From an uncultured Oscillospiraceae bacterium (GTDB lineage: Bacteria; Bacillota; Clostridia; Oscillospirales; Oscillospiraceae), in assembly GCA_944385815.1 (NCBI GenBank), contig CALWYQ010000156.1:20737-84736 (forward strand): DNA of 64,000 nt, read 5' to 3'. The position numbers and the translations under genes are program-made. The notes under the pieces are model-generated. The model saw nothing but the letters and a program-made list of their open reading frames with translations. It made no database searches and had not been told where the DNA came from. Positions 1-10,020 of this stretch are shown here, in pieces. The first letter of the stretch is position 1. Every line of letters starts with the position of its first letter.

Positions 1-2148
1 AAGACCATCCGCGTCATGGTGGAGGGCTTTGCCCGCGGGAGGATAACGGGCGTCATCTCCGACTCGCCCTGCCTGTACGCCGAGGTCGAGCCGGTGCCGG
101 ACATAGAGGAGAAGGTCACCGTGCGCACGGAGGCGCTCTGCCGCCGCTGCATAGGCCTCTTCGGCCAGTACACGGAAAACGGCGGCGGAAGCCCCACCGA
201 GGCGCTTATAGGCCTGGCCGCGAGCCGCGATCCCAACTATATCGTCAACTACATCTCGCAGAACGTGTTCCTCAAGCCGGAGGAGAAGCAGGCGCTGCTG
301 GAGGAGCTGCGGCCGAGCCGCCGCCTCGCGCGCCTGAGCGGCTACCTGACGCGGGAGATAACCCTGCTCGGCATAGAGAAGGACATAAACGAGAGCACGC
401 AGGAGGCCATGAGCCGCAACCAGCGGGAATACTACCTGCGCGAGCAGCTCAAGGTCATACAGGGCGAGCTCGGCGAGGACGACGGCCCGCGCGAGCTTGA
501 CGAGTACCGCGAGAAGATAGAGGCCCTCGGCCTTGACGAGGAGGTCGAGGCCAAGCTGCTCAAGGAGGTCTCGCGCCTGCAGCGCCAGCCCTTCGGCTCC
601 GCCGAGGCCAGCGTCATCCGCGGCTACCTCGACACCTGCCTCGAGATACCCTGGAACACCTACAGCAAGGAGACGCTCGACGTTAAAAAGGCGCAGAAGA
701 TACTCGACGACGACCACTTCGGCCTTGAGAAGGTCAAGGAGCGCATAATCGAGTTCCTTGCCGTGCGCAGGCTGGCGCCGGACATCAAGGGGACGGTGCT
801 CTGCCTTGTCGGCCCTCCGGGCACCGGCAAGACGAGCATAGCCATGAGCATAGCCCGCGCCATGAACCGCAAGCTGAGCCACGTCGCCCTCGGCGGCGTG
901 CACGATGAGGCCGAGATACGCGGCCACCGCAAGACCTATATAGGCGCCATGCCCGGCAGGCTTGTAAGCGGGCTCATACAGGCCGGGAGCATGAACCCGG
1001 TAATGGTGCTCGACGAGATTGACAAGCTCGGCTCCGATTACCGCGGCGACCCCTCGAGCGCGCTGCTTGAAGCGCTCGACGGCGAGCAGAACGGCAGGTT
1101 CCGCGATAATTACATGGAGATACCCATAGACCTCAGCGGCGTGTTCTTTATCACCACGGCCAACACGACCTCGACCATCCCCCGCCCGCTGCTCGACCGC
1201 ATGGAGGTCATCGAGCTCACGAGCTACACCGACGAGGAGAAGCTCATGATAGCCAAACGCCACCTGCTGCCCAAGCAGCGCCGGCGTCACGGCCTTAACG
1301 GCAGCACCCTGCGCGTGAGCGACGAGGCCATACGCGAGATAATCGCGCTCTATACCCGTGAAAGCGGCGTAAGGCTGCTCGAGCGGGAGCTGGCCGCGCT
1401 CTGCCGCAAGTGCGCCGCCGGGATAGCCCGCGGCGAGTTCAAGAGCCTGAGCGTCCGCGCAGACTCCCTCGAGAGGCTGCTCGGCCCGGCCAAGTTCAAG
1501 CCCGACGCGCTTTCGCGGCGCGACGAGGTGGGCCTTGTCCACGGCCTGGCCTGGACGGCTGTCGGCGGCGAGGTGCTGGACGTGGAGGTAGGCGTCGTAG
1601 AGGGCGGCGGCAGGCTCGAGCTCACCGGCAACCTCGGCGACGTTATGAAGGAGAGCTGCAAGGCGGCCATTACCTATATCCGCTCGAGGGCCGCAAGGCT
1701 CAGCATAGACAGCGAGTTCTACAAAAACCGGGATATCCACATCCACTTCCCCGAGGGGGCCGTGCCTAAGGACGGGCCGAGCGCGGGCATAACCATATGC
1801 ATCGCCGTCATATCCGCGCTGACGGGCCGCCCCGTGCGGCACGACCTCGCCATGACGGGCGAGATAACCCTGCGCGGGCGGATCCTGCCGATTGGCGGCC
1901 TGAAGGAAAAGACCATGGCGGCGCTCAGGGCCGGCATGAGCACGGTCATTATCCCCGCCGGGAACGAGCCGGACCTGGAGGAGATAGACCAGACCGTGCG
2001 CCGCGGCCTCAGATTCATAACCGCCGACCACATCGACGCCATCCTCGACGCCGCGCTTGTGCGCCTCGAGCCCGCGCCTGCGCTGCCCGCCGCGGTCATC
2101 CCGGCGAAGCAGGCCGGCGCGGAGGCCGGGGCGAGAATAGGACAGTGA
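1..2148 (+). CDS. lon: ATP-dependent Lon protease, 5' end cut by the window edge
   Basis: The frame is open from nt 1 (KTIRV precedes the listed Met at 16). It has AAA+ Walker A GPPGTGKT, Walker B VMVLDEIDK and the C-terminal Lon protease motif PKDGPSAG. engB follows, as in the Bacillus lonA-ysxC arrangement. Confidence 0.93.
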   Translation, partial: KTIRVMVEGFARGRITGVISDSPCLYAEVEPVPDIEEKVTVRTEALCRRCIGLFGQYTENGGGSPTEALIGLAASRDPNYIVNYISQNVFLKPEEKQALLEELRPSRRLARLSGYLTREITLLGIEKDINESTQEAMSRNQREYYLREQLKVIQGELGEDDGPRELDEYREKIEALGLDEEVEAKLLKEVSRLQRQPFGSAEASVIRGYLDTCLEIPWNTYSKETLDVKKAQKILDDDHFGLEKVKERIIEFLAVRRLAPDIKGTVLCLVGPPGTGKTSIAMSIARAMNRKLSHVALGGVHDEAEIRGHRKTYIGAMPGRLVSGLIQAGSMNPVMVLDEIDKLGSDYRGDPSSALLEALDGEQNGRFRDNYMEIPIDLSGVFFITTANTTSTIPRPLLDRMEVIELTSYTDEEKLMIAKRHLLPKQRRRHGLNGSTLRVSDEAIREIIALYTRESGVRLLERELAALCRKCAAGIARGEFKSLSVRADSLERLLGPAKFKPDALSRRDEVGLVHGLAWTAVGGEVLDVEVGVVEGGGRLELTGNLGDVMKESCKAAITYIRSRAARLSIDSEFYKNRDIHIHFPEGAVPKDGPSAGITICIAVISALTGRPVRHDLAMTGEITLRGRILPIGGLKEKTMAALRAGMSTVIIPAGNEPDLEEIDQTVRRGLRFITADHIDAILDAALVRLEPAPALPAAVIPAKQAGAEAGARIGQ

Positions 2149-2149
2149 C

Positions 2150-2737
2150 ATGGCAATCAACCTGAACCGTGCGGAATTTGTCCGCTCCGCCGCCTCCGAG
2201 CGGGACTTTATACGGGACGGCCGGCCGCAGATAGTTTTCGCCGGCAAGAGCAACGTCGGCAAGAGCTCGGTGATAAACCGGCTCTTGAACCGCAAAAACT
2301 TTGCCCGCGTCGGCTCGCAGCCCGGCAAGACCGTCCACGTGAACTACTTTGACATAGACGGCGCGTGCTGGTTTGTTGACCTGCCGGGCTACGGCTATGC
2401 CGCGGTGAGCAAGGCCGAGCGCGAGCGCTGGGCAAGGCTCATGGAGAGCTACTTCGCCGAAAGCGGCAGGATAAGCCTCGGCGTGCACATAGTTGACGCG
2501 AGGCACAAGCCCACGGGCGACGACGTAACGATGGCCGAGTGGTTCAAGGCCTCGGGGCGGGACTTTGTGCTCGCGGCGAACAAGACGGATAAGATATCCA
2601 AAACCGCCGCCGGGGAGAACATGGCCCTGATACGCGAGACCCTCGCCATGCCGGAGAGCGTCAGGATAATCCCCTTTTCGGCCGAAAAGGGCACGGGGAG
2701 GAACGAGCTGCTCTCGGAGATACTCGCCCGCATATGA
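2150..2737 (+). CDS. engB: Ribosome biogenesis GTPase EngB/YihA
   Basis: It has the G1 motif GKSNVGKSS, DLPGYG and NKTDK. The ATG lies 1 nt after the lon stop. Confidence 0.9.
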   Translation: MAINLNRAEFVRSAASERDFIRDGRPQIVFAGKSNVGKSSVINRLLNRKNFARVGSQPGKTVHVNYFDIDGACWFVDLPGYGYAAVSKAERERWARLMESYFAESGRISLGVHIVDARHKPTGDDVTMAEWFKASGRDFVLAANKTDKISKTAAGENMALIRETLAMPESVRIIPFSAEKGTGRNELLSEILARI

Positions 2738-2783
2738 AATTAACGGACGGTGCTGCCTGCGCCGTCCAAATTTTATTCTTATC

Positions 2784-2811
2784 TTGTTTTTATGCGGCGA
2801 AGTTGGTATAA
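2784..2811 (+). promoter_or_regulatory. Sigma-A-type promoter for the M50 protease/scpAB unit
   Basis: TTGTTT (2784-2789), a 16-nt spacer, then TGgTATAAT with the -10 at 2806-2811 (extended -10). Confidence 0.5.
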
Positions 2812-2829
2812 TCTACTTTGAGGTGTAAT

Positions 2830-3519
2830 ATGGACGAATTTATGGCAATAATCCGGGGCCTCGACTGGTCGGTGCCGCTCAGGCTGCTGCTCTCGGTAGT
2901 CCCGGCCCTCATATGCATAACGCTGCACGAGTGCGCGCACGGGTACGCCGCGCTGCGCCTCGGCGACGATACGGCAAAGCGCGCCGGACGGCTCACGCTC
3001 AACCCGCTCAGGCACATAGATTTTATCGGCCTCGCCATGCTTGTGATTTTCCGCTTCGGCTGGGCAAAGCCCGTGCCGGTGAACATGTACCGCTTTAAAA
3101 ACCCGCGCGGCGGCATGGCGCTCTGCGCCGCTGCGGGCCCGCTTGCTAACGTTGTGCTCGCGCTTGCCGCGCTCTTCCTCTACGGGCTGCTCTTTATCCC
3201 GCTGGCCGGATCGGCAATCGGCGGGTATGTGCTGGAGAGCGTGTACCTTACGGCCTACCTCTCCGTTACGCTCGCGATTTTCAACATCATCCCCATCCCG
3301 CCGCTCGACGGCAGCAAGGTGCTCTACTCCTTCGTCTCCGAGCGGACCTACGCCAGGCTGATGTATTATGAGCGCTACGGTATGATAGCGCTGCTGATAC
3401 TCATACTTGTGGTAAACCGGCTGCCCTTCGACCCGCTGAGCTGGATAGCGAACTTCGTGTTTGAGCACTTTTTCCGGCTTGCGGAATGGGGCTATGAGCT
3501 TATGGGGCTGTTTTTATGA
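2830..3519 (+). CDS. Site-2 protease family (peptidase M50) membrane metalloprotease
   Basis: It has the HExxH motif HECAHG, multiple TM segments and NIIPIPPLDG. I place the start at ATG 2830, behind a GAGGTG RBS, rather than at the track TTG 2818. Confidence 0.8.
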   Translation: MDEFMAIIRGLDWSVPLRLLLSVVPALICITLHECAHGYAALRLGDDTAKRAGRLTLNPLRHIDFIGLAMLVIFRFGWAKPVPVNMYRFKNPRGGMALCAAAGPLANVVLALAALFLYGLLFIPLAGSAIGGYVLESVYLTAYLSVTLAIFNIIPIPPLDGSKVLYSFVSERTYARLMYYERYGMIALLILILVVNRLPFDPLSWIANFVFEHFFRLAEWGYELMGLFL

Positions 3520-4310
3520 GCACGGATCCGACCTTCCGCCTTGAGGGCGTGGTGAAAGAGCGGGGCTCGCTTGAGGATTTTGAGGGCCCGCTGAGCCTTA
3601 TCCTGCAGCTACTGAGCAAGAATAAGCTTGAGATAAGGGACATTTCCGTCTCCGACATACTTGACCAGTACCTCGCCTACCTCGATGAGATGCAGCGCAT
3701 GGACCTTGAGGTGGCAAGCGAGTTCGTCCAGATGGCGGCCTACCTTCTGTACATCAAAACGCGCACCCTGCTCGCCGCGGACAGGGAGGTCACGGAGCTC
3801 GAGCAGCTGATGTCCAGCCTTGAGCAGCTGCGCGCCAGGGGCGTGCGCGAGGCCATAGGAAGGATACTGCCCGAATTTGCCGCGATGAGCGAGAACGGGC
3901 GCGGACTTTTTACGCGGCAGCCCGAGCCGCTGACCCCGGCGGCGAAGGCCTACGATTACCGGCACGAGCCGGCGGAGCTGCTCTCGGCGCTCTGCTCGGT
4001 GTTTATGCGGCCGGACATAAAGCCGCCCGCGCCGCAGGAGCTCGCGCGCCTCGCGCCGAAGCGCATAGTCTACGGCGTGAGGGACAAGTCGCGCGAGATC
4101 ATAGGACGCCTCGGCTCGCGCGGCCCGGCGACGCTCGCCGAGCTCTGCGCGGAGAGCCGCAGCCGCAGCGAGATAGTCGCCGTGTTTCTCTCCGTATTGG
4201 AGCTCTGCTCCATGGGCAGCCTGAGCATAACGGAGCGCTCCGGCTCGCTGTGGCTCGAGTTCACCGGCGGCGACACGGATAAGATAATTGAAGCCATAGA
4301 GGAAGAATAA
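3516..4310 (+). CDS. scpA: Segregation and condensation protein A
   Basis: The N-terminus FEGPLSLILQLLSKNKLEIRDISVSDI is typical of ScpA. The gene is paired with scpB, and its start overlaps the upstream stop (ATGA). Confidence 0.9.
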   Translation: MSTDPTFRLEGVVKERGSLEDFEGPLSLILQLLSKNKLEIRDISVSDILDQYLAYLDEMQRMDLEVASEFVQMAAYLLYIKTRTLLAADREVTELEQLMSSLEQLRARGVREAIGRILPEFAAMSENGRGLFTRQPEPLTPAAKAYDYRHEPAELLSALCSVFMRPDIKPPAPQELARLAPKRIVYGVRDKSREIIGRLGSRGPATLAELCAESRSRSEIVAVFLSVLELCSMGSLSITERSGSLWLEFTGGDTDKIIEAIEEE

Positions 4311-4915
4311 TGGATACAAATTCTATCGTCCCGGCGCTCGAGGCAGTGCTCTTTGCCTCCGGCGAGCCGGTGCCGGCGGCGCGGCTGAGCCTTATTTTCG
4401 CGGTGCCGGAGGAGGTAATAGACGACGCGGCTCAGGAGCTCGAGCGCGAGTACGCGGAGAACAGGCGGGGCATACGCCTGCTCCGCCTCGGCGCGTCGCT
4501 GCAGCTCTGCTCCGCGCCGGAATACGCAAAGCTCGTAGCGCGCGTCATAGAGCACCGCGCCGCGCCGCGCCTTTCGCCCGGCGCGCTCGAGGCGCTTGCC
4601 GTCATCGCGTATTTCCAGCCCGTAACAAGGGCTTACGTGGAGCAGGTGAGGGGGGTGGACAGCTCCTACACCGTCGCCTCGCTCGCGGAAAAGGGCCTTA
4701 TTGAGCCCGCCGGGCGCCTTGAGGCCCCGGGCAGGCCCACGCTCTACCGCACTACCGAGGCCTTCCTGCGCGTTATGGGCGTGAGCTCGCTCAACGAGCT
4801 GCCGGCCCTGCCCGACCTCACCGAGGCGGACGGGCTGGAAAAGCTCCAGGACGCCGTAGAAAAGCTCAAAAGCCGCGGCGAGCAGCTTGAGCTCGACATG
4901 GAGGAAAAAGCGTAA
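4310..4915 (+). CDS. scpB: Segregation and condensation protein B
   Basis: It has the ALEAVLFASGEPV N-terminus and a winged-helix ScpB pattern. Its start overlaps the scpA stop (TAATG). Confidence 0.9.
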   Translation: MDTNSIVPALEAVLFASGEPVPAARLSLIFAVPEEVIDDAAQELEREYAENRRGIRLLRLGASLQLCSAPEYAKLVARVIEHRAAPRLSPGALEALAVIAYFQPVTRAYVEQVRGVDSSYTVASLAEKGLIEPAGRLEAPGRPTLYRTTEAFLRVMGVSSLNELPALPDLTEADGLEKLQDAVEKLKSRGEQLELDMEEKA

Positions 4916-4936
4916 ATTCCCCGGCAGGACCGGGAT

Positions 4937-5653
4937 TTGGGGGTGATGCATCTGGTTGGATGGATAATACTGGCGGTAATAGCGCTGATCCTGCTCTTGC
5001 TGCTCTTTACGCCGCTCGGCGTCACGGCCGGCTATTCAGGCGGCAGGGCGACGGTCGCGGCGAGGATTATGTGCTTCGACCTCACGCTCTACCCCCGGCC
5101 GGAGAAAAAGCCCGGAGCGGCCGGCCGGAAAAAGGCTAAAAAAGCAAAAAAGCCCGCGGAGCCGAAGCCGGACAGGCCGGCAAAGGAAAAAAAGCCGAAG
5201 CCGCCGCTTGTGACCAGGGAGATGGCGCCGGAGCTGCTGCGCCTTTTGGGCCGCACGCTCACTCGCTTCAGGAAAAAGCTGACCGTCAACCGCTTCCGGC
5301 TGCACATGATCGTAGCGGGGGACGACCCGTATGACGCAGTTATGGCCTACGGGGCACTGAACAGCGCCTTCGCTACGGCCGGGGCCGCCGCCGGGCGGGC
5401 CTTCAACGTGCGGCAGAGCGACGTTCGGACGGGGCTTGATTTTTCCGCCGCGAGCACAAGCGTGGACGCGCAGATAACCGTCACGCTCAACCTCGCGCGG
5501 GTTTTGGCCGTGGCGCTTGCCGCGGGAGCCGGATTCTTAAAAATCAAACGAGACGCGGCAAGGGCAGCAAAGGCCGCCGCTAAGGAAAGGAAGGAAAAAG
5601 ATGGAACAAATGCAGACCCCGATGGCGGAATTTCTCAGAGCGAGCATAGCTAA
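4937..5653 (+). CDS. DUF2953-like membrane-anchored protein with a Lys/Pro-rich linker
   Basis: It has an N-terminal TM helix and a KKPGAAGRKKAKKAKKPAEPKPDRPAKEKKPKPP tract. Its position immediately upstream of ytfJ matches other sporeformers. The start is uncertain (TTG 4937, GTG 4943 or ATG 4946). Confidence 0.55.
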   Translation: MGVMHLVGWIILAVIALILLLLLFTPLGVTAGYSGGRATVAARIMCFDLTLYPRPEKKPGAAGRKKAKKAKKPAEPKPDRPAKEKKPKPPLVTREMAPELLRLLGRTLTRFRKKLTVNRFRLHMIVAGDDPYDAVMAYGALNSAFATAGAAAGRAFNVRQSDVRTGLDFSAASTSVDAQITVTLNLARVLAVALAAGAGFLKIKRDAARAAKAAAKERKEKDGTNADPDGGISQSEHS

Positions 5654-6002
5654 GATAAAGGAAATGGTCGACGCGAACACCGTGGTCGGCGACCCGGTGA
5701 CCACGCCGGACGGCGTGACGCTTGTGCCGGTGTCCCGCGTGAGCGTGGGCTTTGCCGGCGGCGGGGGAGACCTTGTCAAGCAGCGCGACGGCTGCGTCGG
5801 CGGCAGCGGGGCCGGCATCAAAATTGAGCCCATCGGCTTCCTGATAGTCAAGGACGGCGCGGTGCGCATGCTCAACATCCAGCCGCCCGCGTCCACGACC
5901 ATAGACCGCGTCATAGACCTTGTCCCGCAGCTTATCGACCGCGCCGAGGCCTTTATGGACAAGAAGTCCGCGCCGAAGGCGGAGGCCGCGCCCGAGGCAT
6001 AA
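5601..6002 (+). CDS. ytfJ: Sporulation protein YtfJ (GerW family)
   Basis: It has the VVGDPVTTPDGVTLVPVSRVSVGFAGGGGD core typical of YtfJ/GerW. A GGAAGGA RBS sits upstream of the ATG. The gene overlaps the end of the upstream gene by 53 nt. Confidence 0.82.
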   Translation: MEQMQTPMAEFLRASIAKIKEMVDANTVVGDPVTTPDGVTLVPVSRVSVGFAGGGGDLVKQRDGCVGGSGAGIKIEPIGFLIVKDGAVRMLNIQPPASTTIDRVIDLVPQLIDRAEAFMDKKSAPKAEAAPEA

Positions 6003-6059
6003 GCGCCGCAAAATTGCAGACAATAGCACCACTTCTGTTCAGTATGAGGTGGTGCTATT

Positions 6060-7106
6060 TTGAAGCGGGCACTAAGCCTTGCCCTTGCGGCGGCGCTGCT
6101 GCTTATACCGGCCGGGGCGGAGGACGCCGCGCCGGGCATAAGCGCGCGCTCGGCCGTTTTGATAGACGCGGAGAGCGGCGAGACGCTCTATGAGCTGCGC
6201 GCGGACGAGAGGTCGCTTATTGCGAGCACGACGAAGATAATGACCGCCCTTGTGGCGCTCGAGCGCTGCGGCCTTTCCGACCGGGTGAGGATAGACTCCC
6301 GCAGCGCCGGGACGGAGGGCTCCTCGGCCTATCTGCGCGAGGGCGAGGTGTGGACGGTGGAGGAGCTGCTCTTCGGCCTGATGCTGAGCTCCGGCAACGA
6401 CGCCGCCGAGGCCATAGCGCTGCACTGCGCCGGGAGCGGGGAGGCCTTCGCGGAGCTTATGAACGAAAAGGCGGCCGCGCTCGGCCTTGAGGACACGCAT
6501 TTTGCAAACCCGAGCGGGCTTGACGCCGAGGGGCACTATTCGACTGCGCGCGATATGGCCGCCCTCGCCGCGCACGCGATGGAAAACGCGGATTTCAGTC
6601 GCATAGTCTCGAGCCGCTCAGCGACGGTGCAGGGGCGGGAGATATATAACCATAACCGCCTCCTGAGCTCATATCCCGGCTGCGTCGGCGTAAAAACCGG
6701 CTATACCATTGCCGCGGGGCGCACGCTTGTGTCCTGCGCGGAGCGGGACGGGCTGCGCTTCATATGCGTTACGCTGCGCGACCGCGACGACTGGCGCGAC
6801 CATGCGGCGCTTTACGACTGGGCCTTCGGGCGCTATGAGAGCCGCCTTGTCATAGACTCCGCAGCGCTTTACCGCTGCGCCGCCGCGGGAGGTGAGAGCG
6901 CCTTTGTGAGCGTGCGCGCGGAAAGCGACGGCTATGCCGCCCTGGAGTCCGGCGCGGAGGTGGACTATGAGATAGAGCTTCCGCCCTTTGTGTTCGCGCC
7001 GGTTGAGGCCGGGGAGAGGGCCGGGACGATACGCGCCGTGAGCGGCGGCAGGGTGGTCTGCGAGCGGGAGCTGATTTTCGCGGAGGGAATGGAAGCAAAA
7101 GGATGA
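6060..7106 (+). CDS. Serine-type D-Ala-D-Ala carboxypeptidase (PBP5/DacB-like)
   Basis: It has a signal peptide and the motifs SxxK (STTK), SGN and KTG (VKTGYT). The start is a TTG behind a GAGGTGG RBS. Confidence 0.85.
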   Translation: MKRALSLALAAALLLIPAGAEDAAPGISARSAVLIDAESGETLYELRADERSLIASTTKIMTALVALERCGLSDRVRIDSRSAGTEGSSAYLREGEVWTVEELLFGLMLSSGNDAAEAIALHCAGSGEAFAELMNEKAAALGLEDTHFANPSGLDAEGHYSTARDMAALAAHAMENADFSRIVSSRSATVQGREIYNHNRLLSSYPGCVGVKTGYTIAAGRTLVSCAERDGLRFICVTLRDRDDWRDHAALYDWAFGRYESRLVIDSAALYRCAAAGGESAFVSVRAESDGYAALESGAEVDYEIELPPFVFAPVEAGERAGTIRAVSGGRVVCERELIFAEGMEAKG

Positions 7107-7828
7107 AGGAAAGACTGCAAAAGCTCATATCCGGCGCGGGGATAGCCTCGCGCCGCGCCGCCGAGGAGCTCATCGCCGCCGGACGCGTCACGGTAAACGG
7201 CGAGCGCGCCCGGCTCGGCATGAGCGCCGACCCGGAGCTCGACCGCGTGGAGGTGGACGGCGAGGCGCTCCGCCTGCCGCAGAGCCGCCGCTGCATAATG
7301 CTCAACAAGCCGCGCGGCTATGTGACCACGCTGTCGGACGAGCGCGGGCGAAGGACGGTCGCGGAGCTTGTGGCCGGCGCGGGACGCCGGCTCTATCCCG
7401 TGGGCAGGCTTGACCTCAACAGTGAGGGACTGCTTATAATGACGGACGACGGCGAGGCGGCCAACGCGCTCATGCACCCGGCGCACGAGGTTGAAAAGAC
7501 CTACGTAGTCACCGTGCGCGGCGCGGTCACGGCGCGTCAGTGCGCCGCCATGGAGGCCCTGCGCGCCGTGGACGGCAGGCCCATCCGTCCGCCGCGGCTG
7601 CGCGTGCTCGGCTCGGACGGGGAGAAAACCCGCCTGCGCTTTGTCATACACGAGGGCCGCAACCGCGAGGTGCGGCGCATCTGCGCGAGCGTCGGGCTTG
7701 AGGTGCTGCGCCTTGTGCGCACGGCCGAGGGCGAGCTGCGCCTCGGCAGCCTGCCGCCGGGTGCCTGGCGGGAGCTTACGCCGGAGGAGATAGAGTACAT
7801 AAGACGGCTCAAGGAGGAAATTCGTTAA
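7103..7828 (+). CDS. rluB: Pseudouridine synthase, RluB/RsuA family with N-terminal S4 domain
   Basis: It has an S4 motif (RLQKLISGAGIASRRAAEELI) and the catalytic region GRLDLNSEGLL. There is an ATGA overlap with the upstream stop. Confidence 0.85.
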   Translation: MKERLQKLISGAGIASRRAAEELIAAGRVTVNGERARLGMSADPELDRVEVDGEALRLPQSRRCIMLNKPRGYVTTLSDERGRRTVAELVAGAGRRLYPVGRLDLNSEGLLIMTDDGEAANALMHPAHEVEKTYVVTVRGAVTARQCAAMEALRAVDGRPIRPPRLRVLGSDGEKTRLRFVIHEGRNREVRRICASVGLEVLRLVRTAEGELRLGSLPPGAWRELTPEEIEYIRRLKEEIR

Positions 7829-7848
7829 ATATTGTTTACGTAATAACC

Positions 7849-7877
7849 CTTGTAATATCCGAAAAAACTGTGTAGAA
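7849..7877 (+). promoter_or_regulatory. Sigma-A-type promoter upstream of the RpiR-family gene
   Basis: TTGTAA (7849-7854), a 17-nt spacer, then TAGAAT (7872-7877). Confidence 0.5.
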
Positions 7878-7933
7878 TGTTTTTGATTACCGTTTCGCCG
7901 CGCCGCGGCTTTATATAAAATGGGGGCATAAGC

Positions 7934-8794
7934 ATGGACAAGGACATCCTGACCCTGATTTCCAGGGAAAACTCCGGGTTTTCAAAGGGGCAGAGACTGA
8001 TAGCAAGGTACATACTGGAAAATTACGACAAGGCCGCCTTTATGACGGCCGGGAAGCTCGGCAAGACCGTGGGCGTGAGCGAGTCCACGGTCGTCCGTTT
8101 CGCCGCGGAGCTCGGCTTTGACGGCTATCCGGGCATGCGCAAGGCGCTGCAGGAGATGATACGCTCGCGCCTGACGAGCGTGCAGCGCATAGAGGCGAGC
8201 CGGGACATGCTCGACGACAGGAATATACTCAAGAGCGTGATGAGCGACGACATAGACAAGCTCCAGACCACGCTCGAGGAGATAGATCAGGACGCCTTCA
8301 ACCGCGTGGTGGACAGCATAGCCGGCGCGCGGGAAATATATATCTTCGCCTCGCGGACCTCGCGCTCGCTGGCGGATTTCCTCGCGTATTATCTCGGGCT
8401 CATCCGCCCGGGGGTGCATCTGGTGGACGATAACTCCGCCGCCGAGGCCTATGAGCAGCTGCTGCGCATAGGCGAGGGGGACCTGTTCATAGGCTTCACC
8501 TTCCCGCGCTATTCCTCGCGCTCGGCCAAGGTGATGGGCTTTGCCAAGGACCGCGGCGCCGCCACCGTCGGGCTTACGGATTCCGAGAGCTCGCCGTTTT
8601 ACTCCATGGCGGACGTCTGCCTTTTCGCCAAGAGCGAGATGGTCTCGTTTGTGGACAGCCTTGTGGCCCCCATGAGCCTTGTGAACGCCATCGTGATTGC
8701 CGTAGGGGCGAGGAAGCGCGAGGCGATAAGCGAGACCTTCAAGAAGTTGGAGCAGGTCTGGAGCGACTACAAGGTGTTTGAAAATGTCGATTGA
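7934..8794 (+). CDS. MurR/RpiR family transcriptional regulator (HTH + SIS domain)
   Basis: It has the N-terminal HTH_6-type sequence LSKGQRLIARYILENYDKAAFMTAGKLGKTVGVSESTVVRF and a C-terminal SIS-like fold pattern. Confidence 0.8.
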   Translation: MDKDILTLISRENSGFSKGQRLIARYILENYDKAAFMTAGKLGKTVGVSESTVVRFAAELGFDGYPGMRKALQEMIRSRLTSVQRIEASRDMLDDRNILKSVMSDDIDKLQTTLEEIDQDAFNRVVDSIAGAREIYIFASRTSRSLADFLAYYLGLIRPGVHLVDDNSAAEAYEQLLRIGEGDLFIGFTFPRYSSRSAKVMGFAKDRGAATVGLTDSESSPFYSMADVCLFAKSEMVSFVDSLVAPMSLVNAIVIAVGARKREAISETFKKLEQVWSDYKVFENVD

Positions 8795-10019
8795 CGCCGT
8801 TATAATAGGCGGAGGCGCGGCGGGCAGCATGTGCGCCGCCCTTGCCGCTAACAGGGGGCTTTCCGTCGCGCTCATAGAGCCCAACCGCGAGCTCGGGCGC
8901 AAGCTGCGCATAACCGGCAAGGGCCGCTGCAACGTTACGAACGACTGCTCCCCGCGCGAGTTTATCGAGGCCGTGCCGGGCGGCGGGCGCTTTTTGCAGA
9001 GCGCGATACACCGCTTTTCGCCTCAGGACGCCATGGCCTTTTTCGAGGGCCTCGGCGTGCCGCTCAAGACCGAGCGCGGCCGCAGGGTCTTTCCTCAGAG
9101 CGACAGGGCGGGGGACATAGCCGGGGCGCTGACGCGGCTGTGCCATAAAAACGGCGTGCGCATGGTGCGCGAGCGCGCCGAGAGGATAATCGCCGGCGCG
9201 GGAGGCGTGGAGGCCGTCGTGACCGGCTCCGGGCGCATCGACTGCCGAAGCGCCGTCATATGCACCGGCGGGCTCAGCTATCCCGGCACCGGCTCCACGG
9301 GCGACGGCTACGCCATGGCTGCCGCGCTCGGGCACACGATCACGCCCTGCCGGCCGAGCCTTGTGCCGCTCGAGTCGCCGGACGCCTATTGCCGCGAGAT
9401 GCAGGGCTTTTCGCTCAGGAACGTCACGCTTACGGCCTATGAGGACGGGAAGGCCATATATAAGGAGCTCGGCGAGCTGCTGTTCACGCATTTCGGCGTG
9501 TCCGGGCCGCTGGTGCTCAGCGCAAGCGCGCATATGCGCAATTTCGGCCGGGCGAAATACCGCCTTTCGATAGACCTCAAGCCGGGGCTCGACGAGAAGA
9601 AGCTGGATAACCGCATACTCCGCGATTTGGAGAAATACTCAAACCGGGAGTTCCGCAACTGCCTCGGTGACCTTGCCGGCAGGGCGATGATACCCGTGCT
9701 TGTGGAGCTGAGCGGCATCCCGCCGGAGGAGAGGGCAAACTCCGTAACGCGGGAGCAGCGCCAGGCGCTGGTGAGGCTCTTCAAGGCCTTCCCGGTGGAG
9801 ATATCCGGCCCGCGCCCGGTGGCGGAGGCGATAGTCACCGCCGGCGGCGTGAGCACGAAGGAAATTGACCCGCGCACGATGATGAGCAAGCTTGTGCCGG
9901 GGCTGTATTTCGCCGGAGAGGTAACGGACCTCGACGCGTATACGGGCGGGTATAATTTGCAGATAGCGTGGTCGACGGCATACGTCGCCGCAAATTCTCT
10001 CAGGACAGGGGAAGAATGA
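8778..10019 (+). CDS. FAD-dependent oxidoreductase, HI0933/YhiN/BaiN-like family
   Basis: It has the dinucleotide-binding N-terminus VIIGGGAAGSMCA, GKGRCNVTN and the C-terminal GGYNLQIAWSTA pattern of the HI0933 family. Confidence 0.8.
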   Translation: MKMSIDAVIIGGGAAGSMCAALAANRGLSVALIEPNRELGRKLRITGKGRCNVTNDCSPREFIEAVPGGGRFLQSAIHRFSPQDAMAFFEGLGVPLKTERGRRVFPQSDRAGDIAGALTRLCHKNGVRMVRERAERIIAGAGGVEAVVTGSGRIDCRSAVICTGGLSYPGTGSTGDGYAMAAALGHTITPCRPSLVPLESPDAYCREMQGFSLRNVTLTAYEDGKAIYKELGELLFTHFGVSGPLVLSASAHMRNFGRAKYRLSIDLKPGLDEKKLDNRILRDLEKYSNREFRNCLGDLAGRAMIPVLVELSGIPPEERANSVTREQRQALVRLFKAFPVEISGPRPVAEAIVTAGGVSTKEIDPRTMMSKLVPGLYFAGEVTDLDAYTGGYNLQIAWSTAYVAANSLRTGEE

Positions 10020-10020
10020 G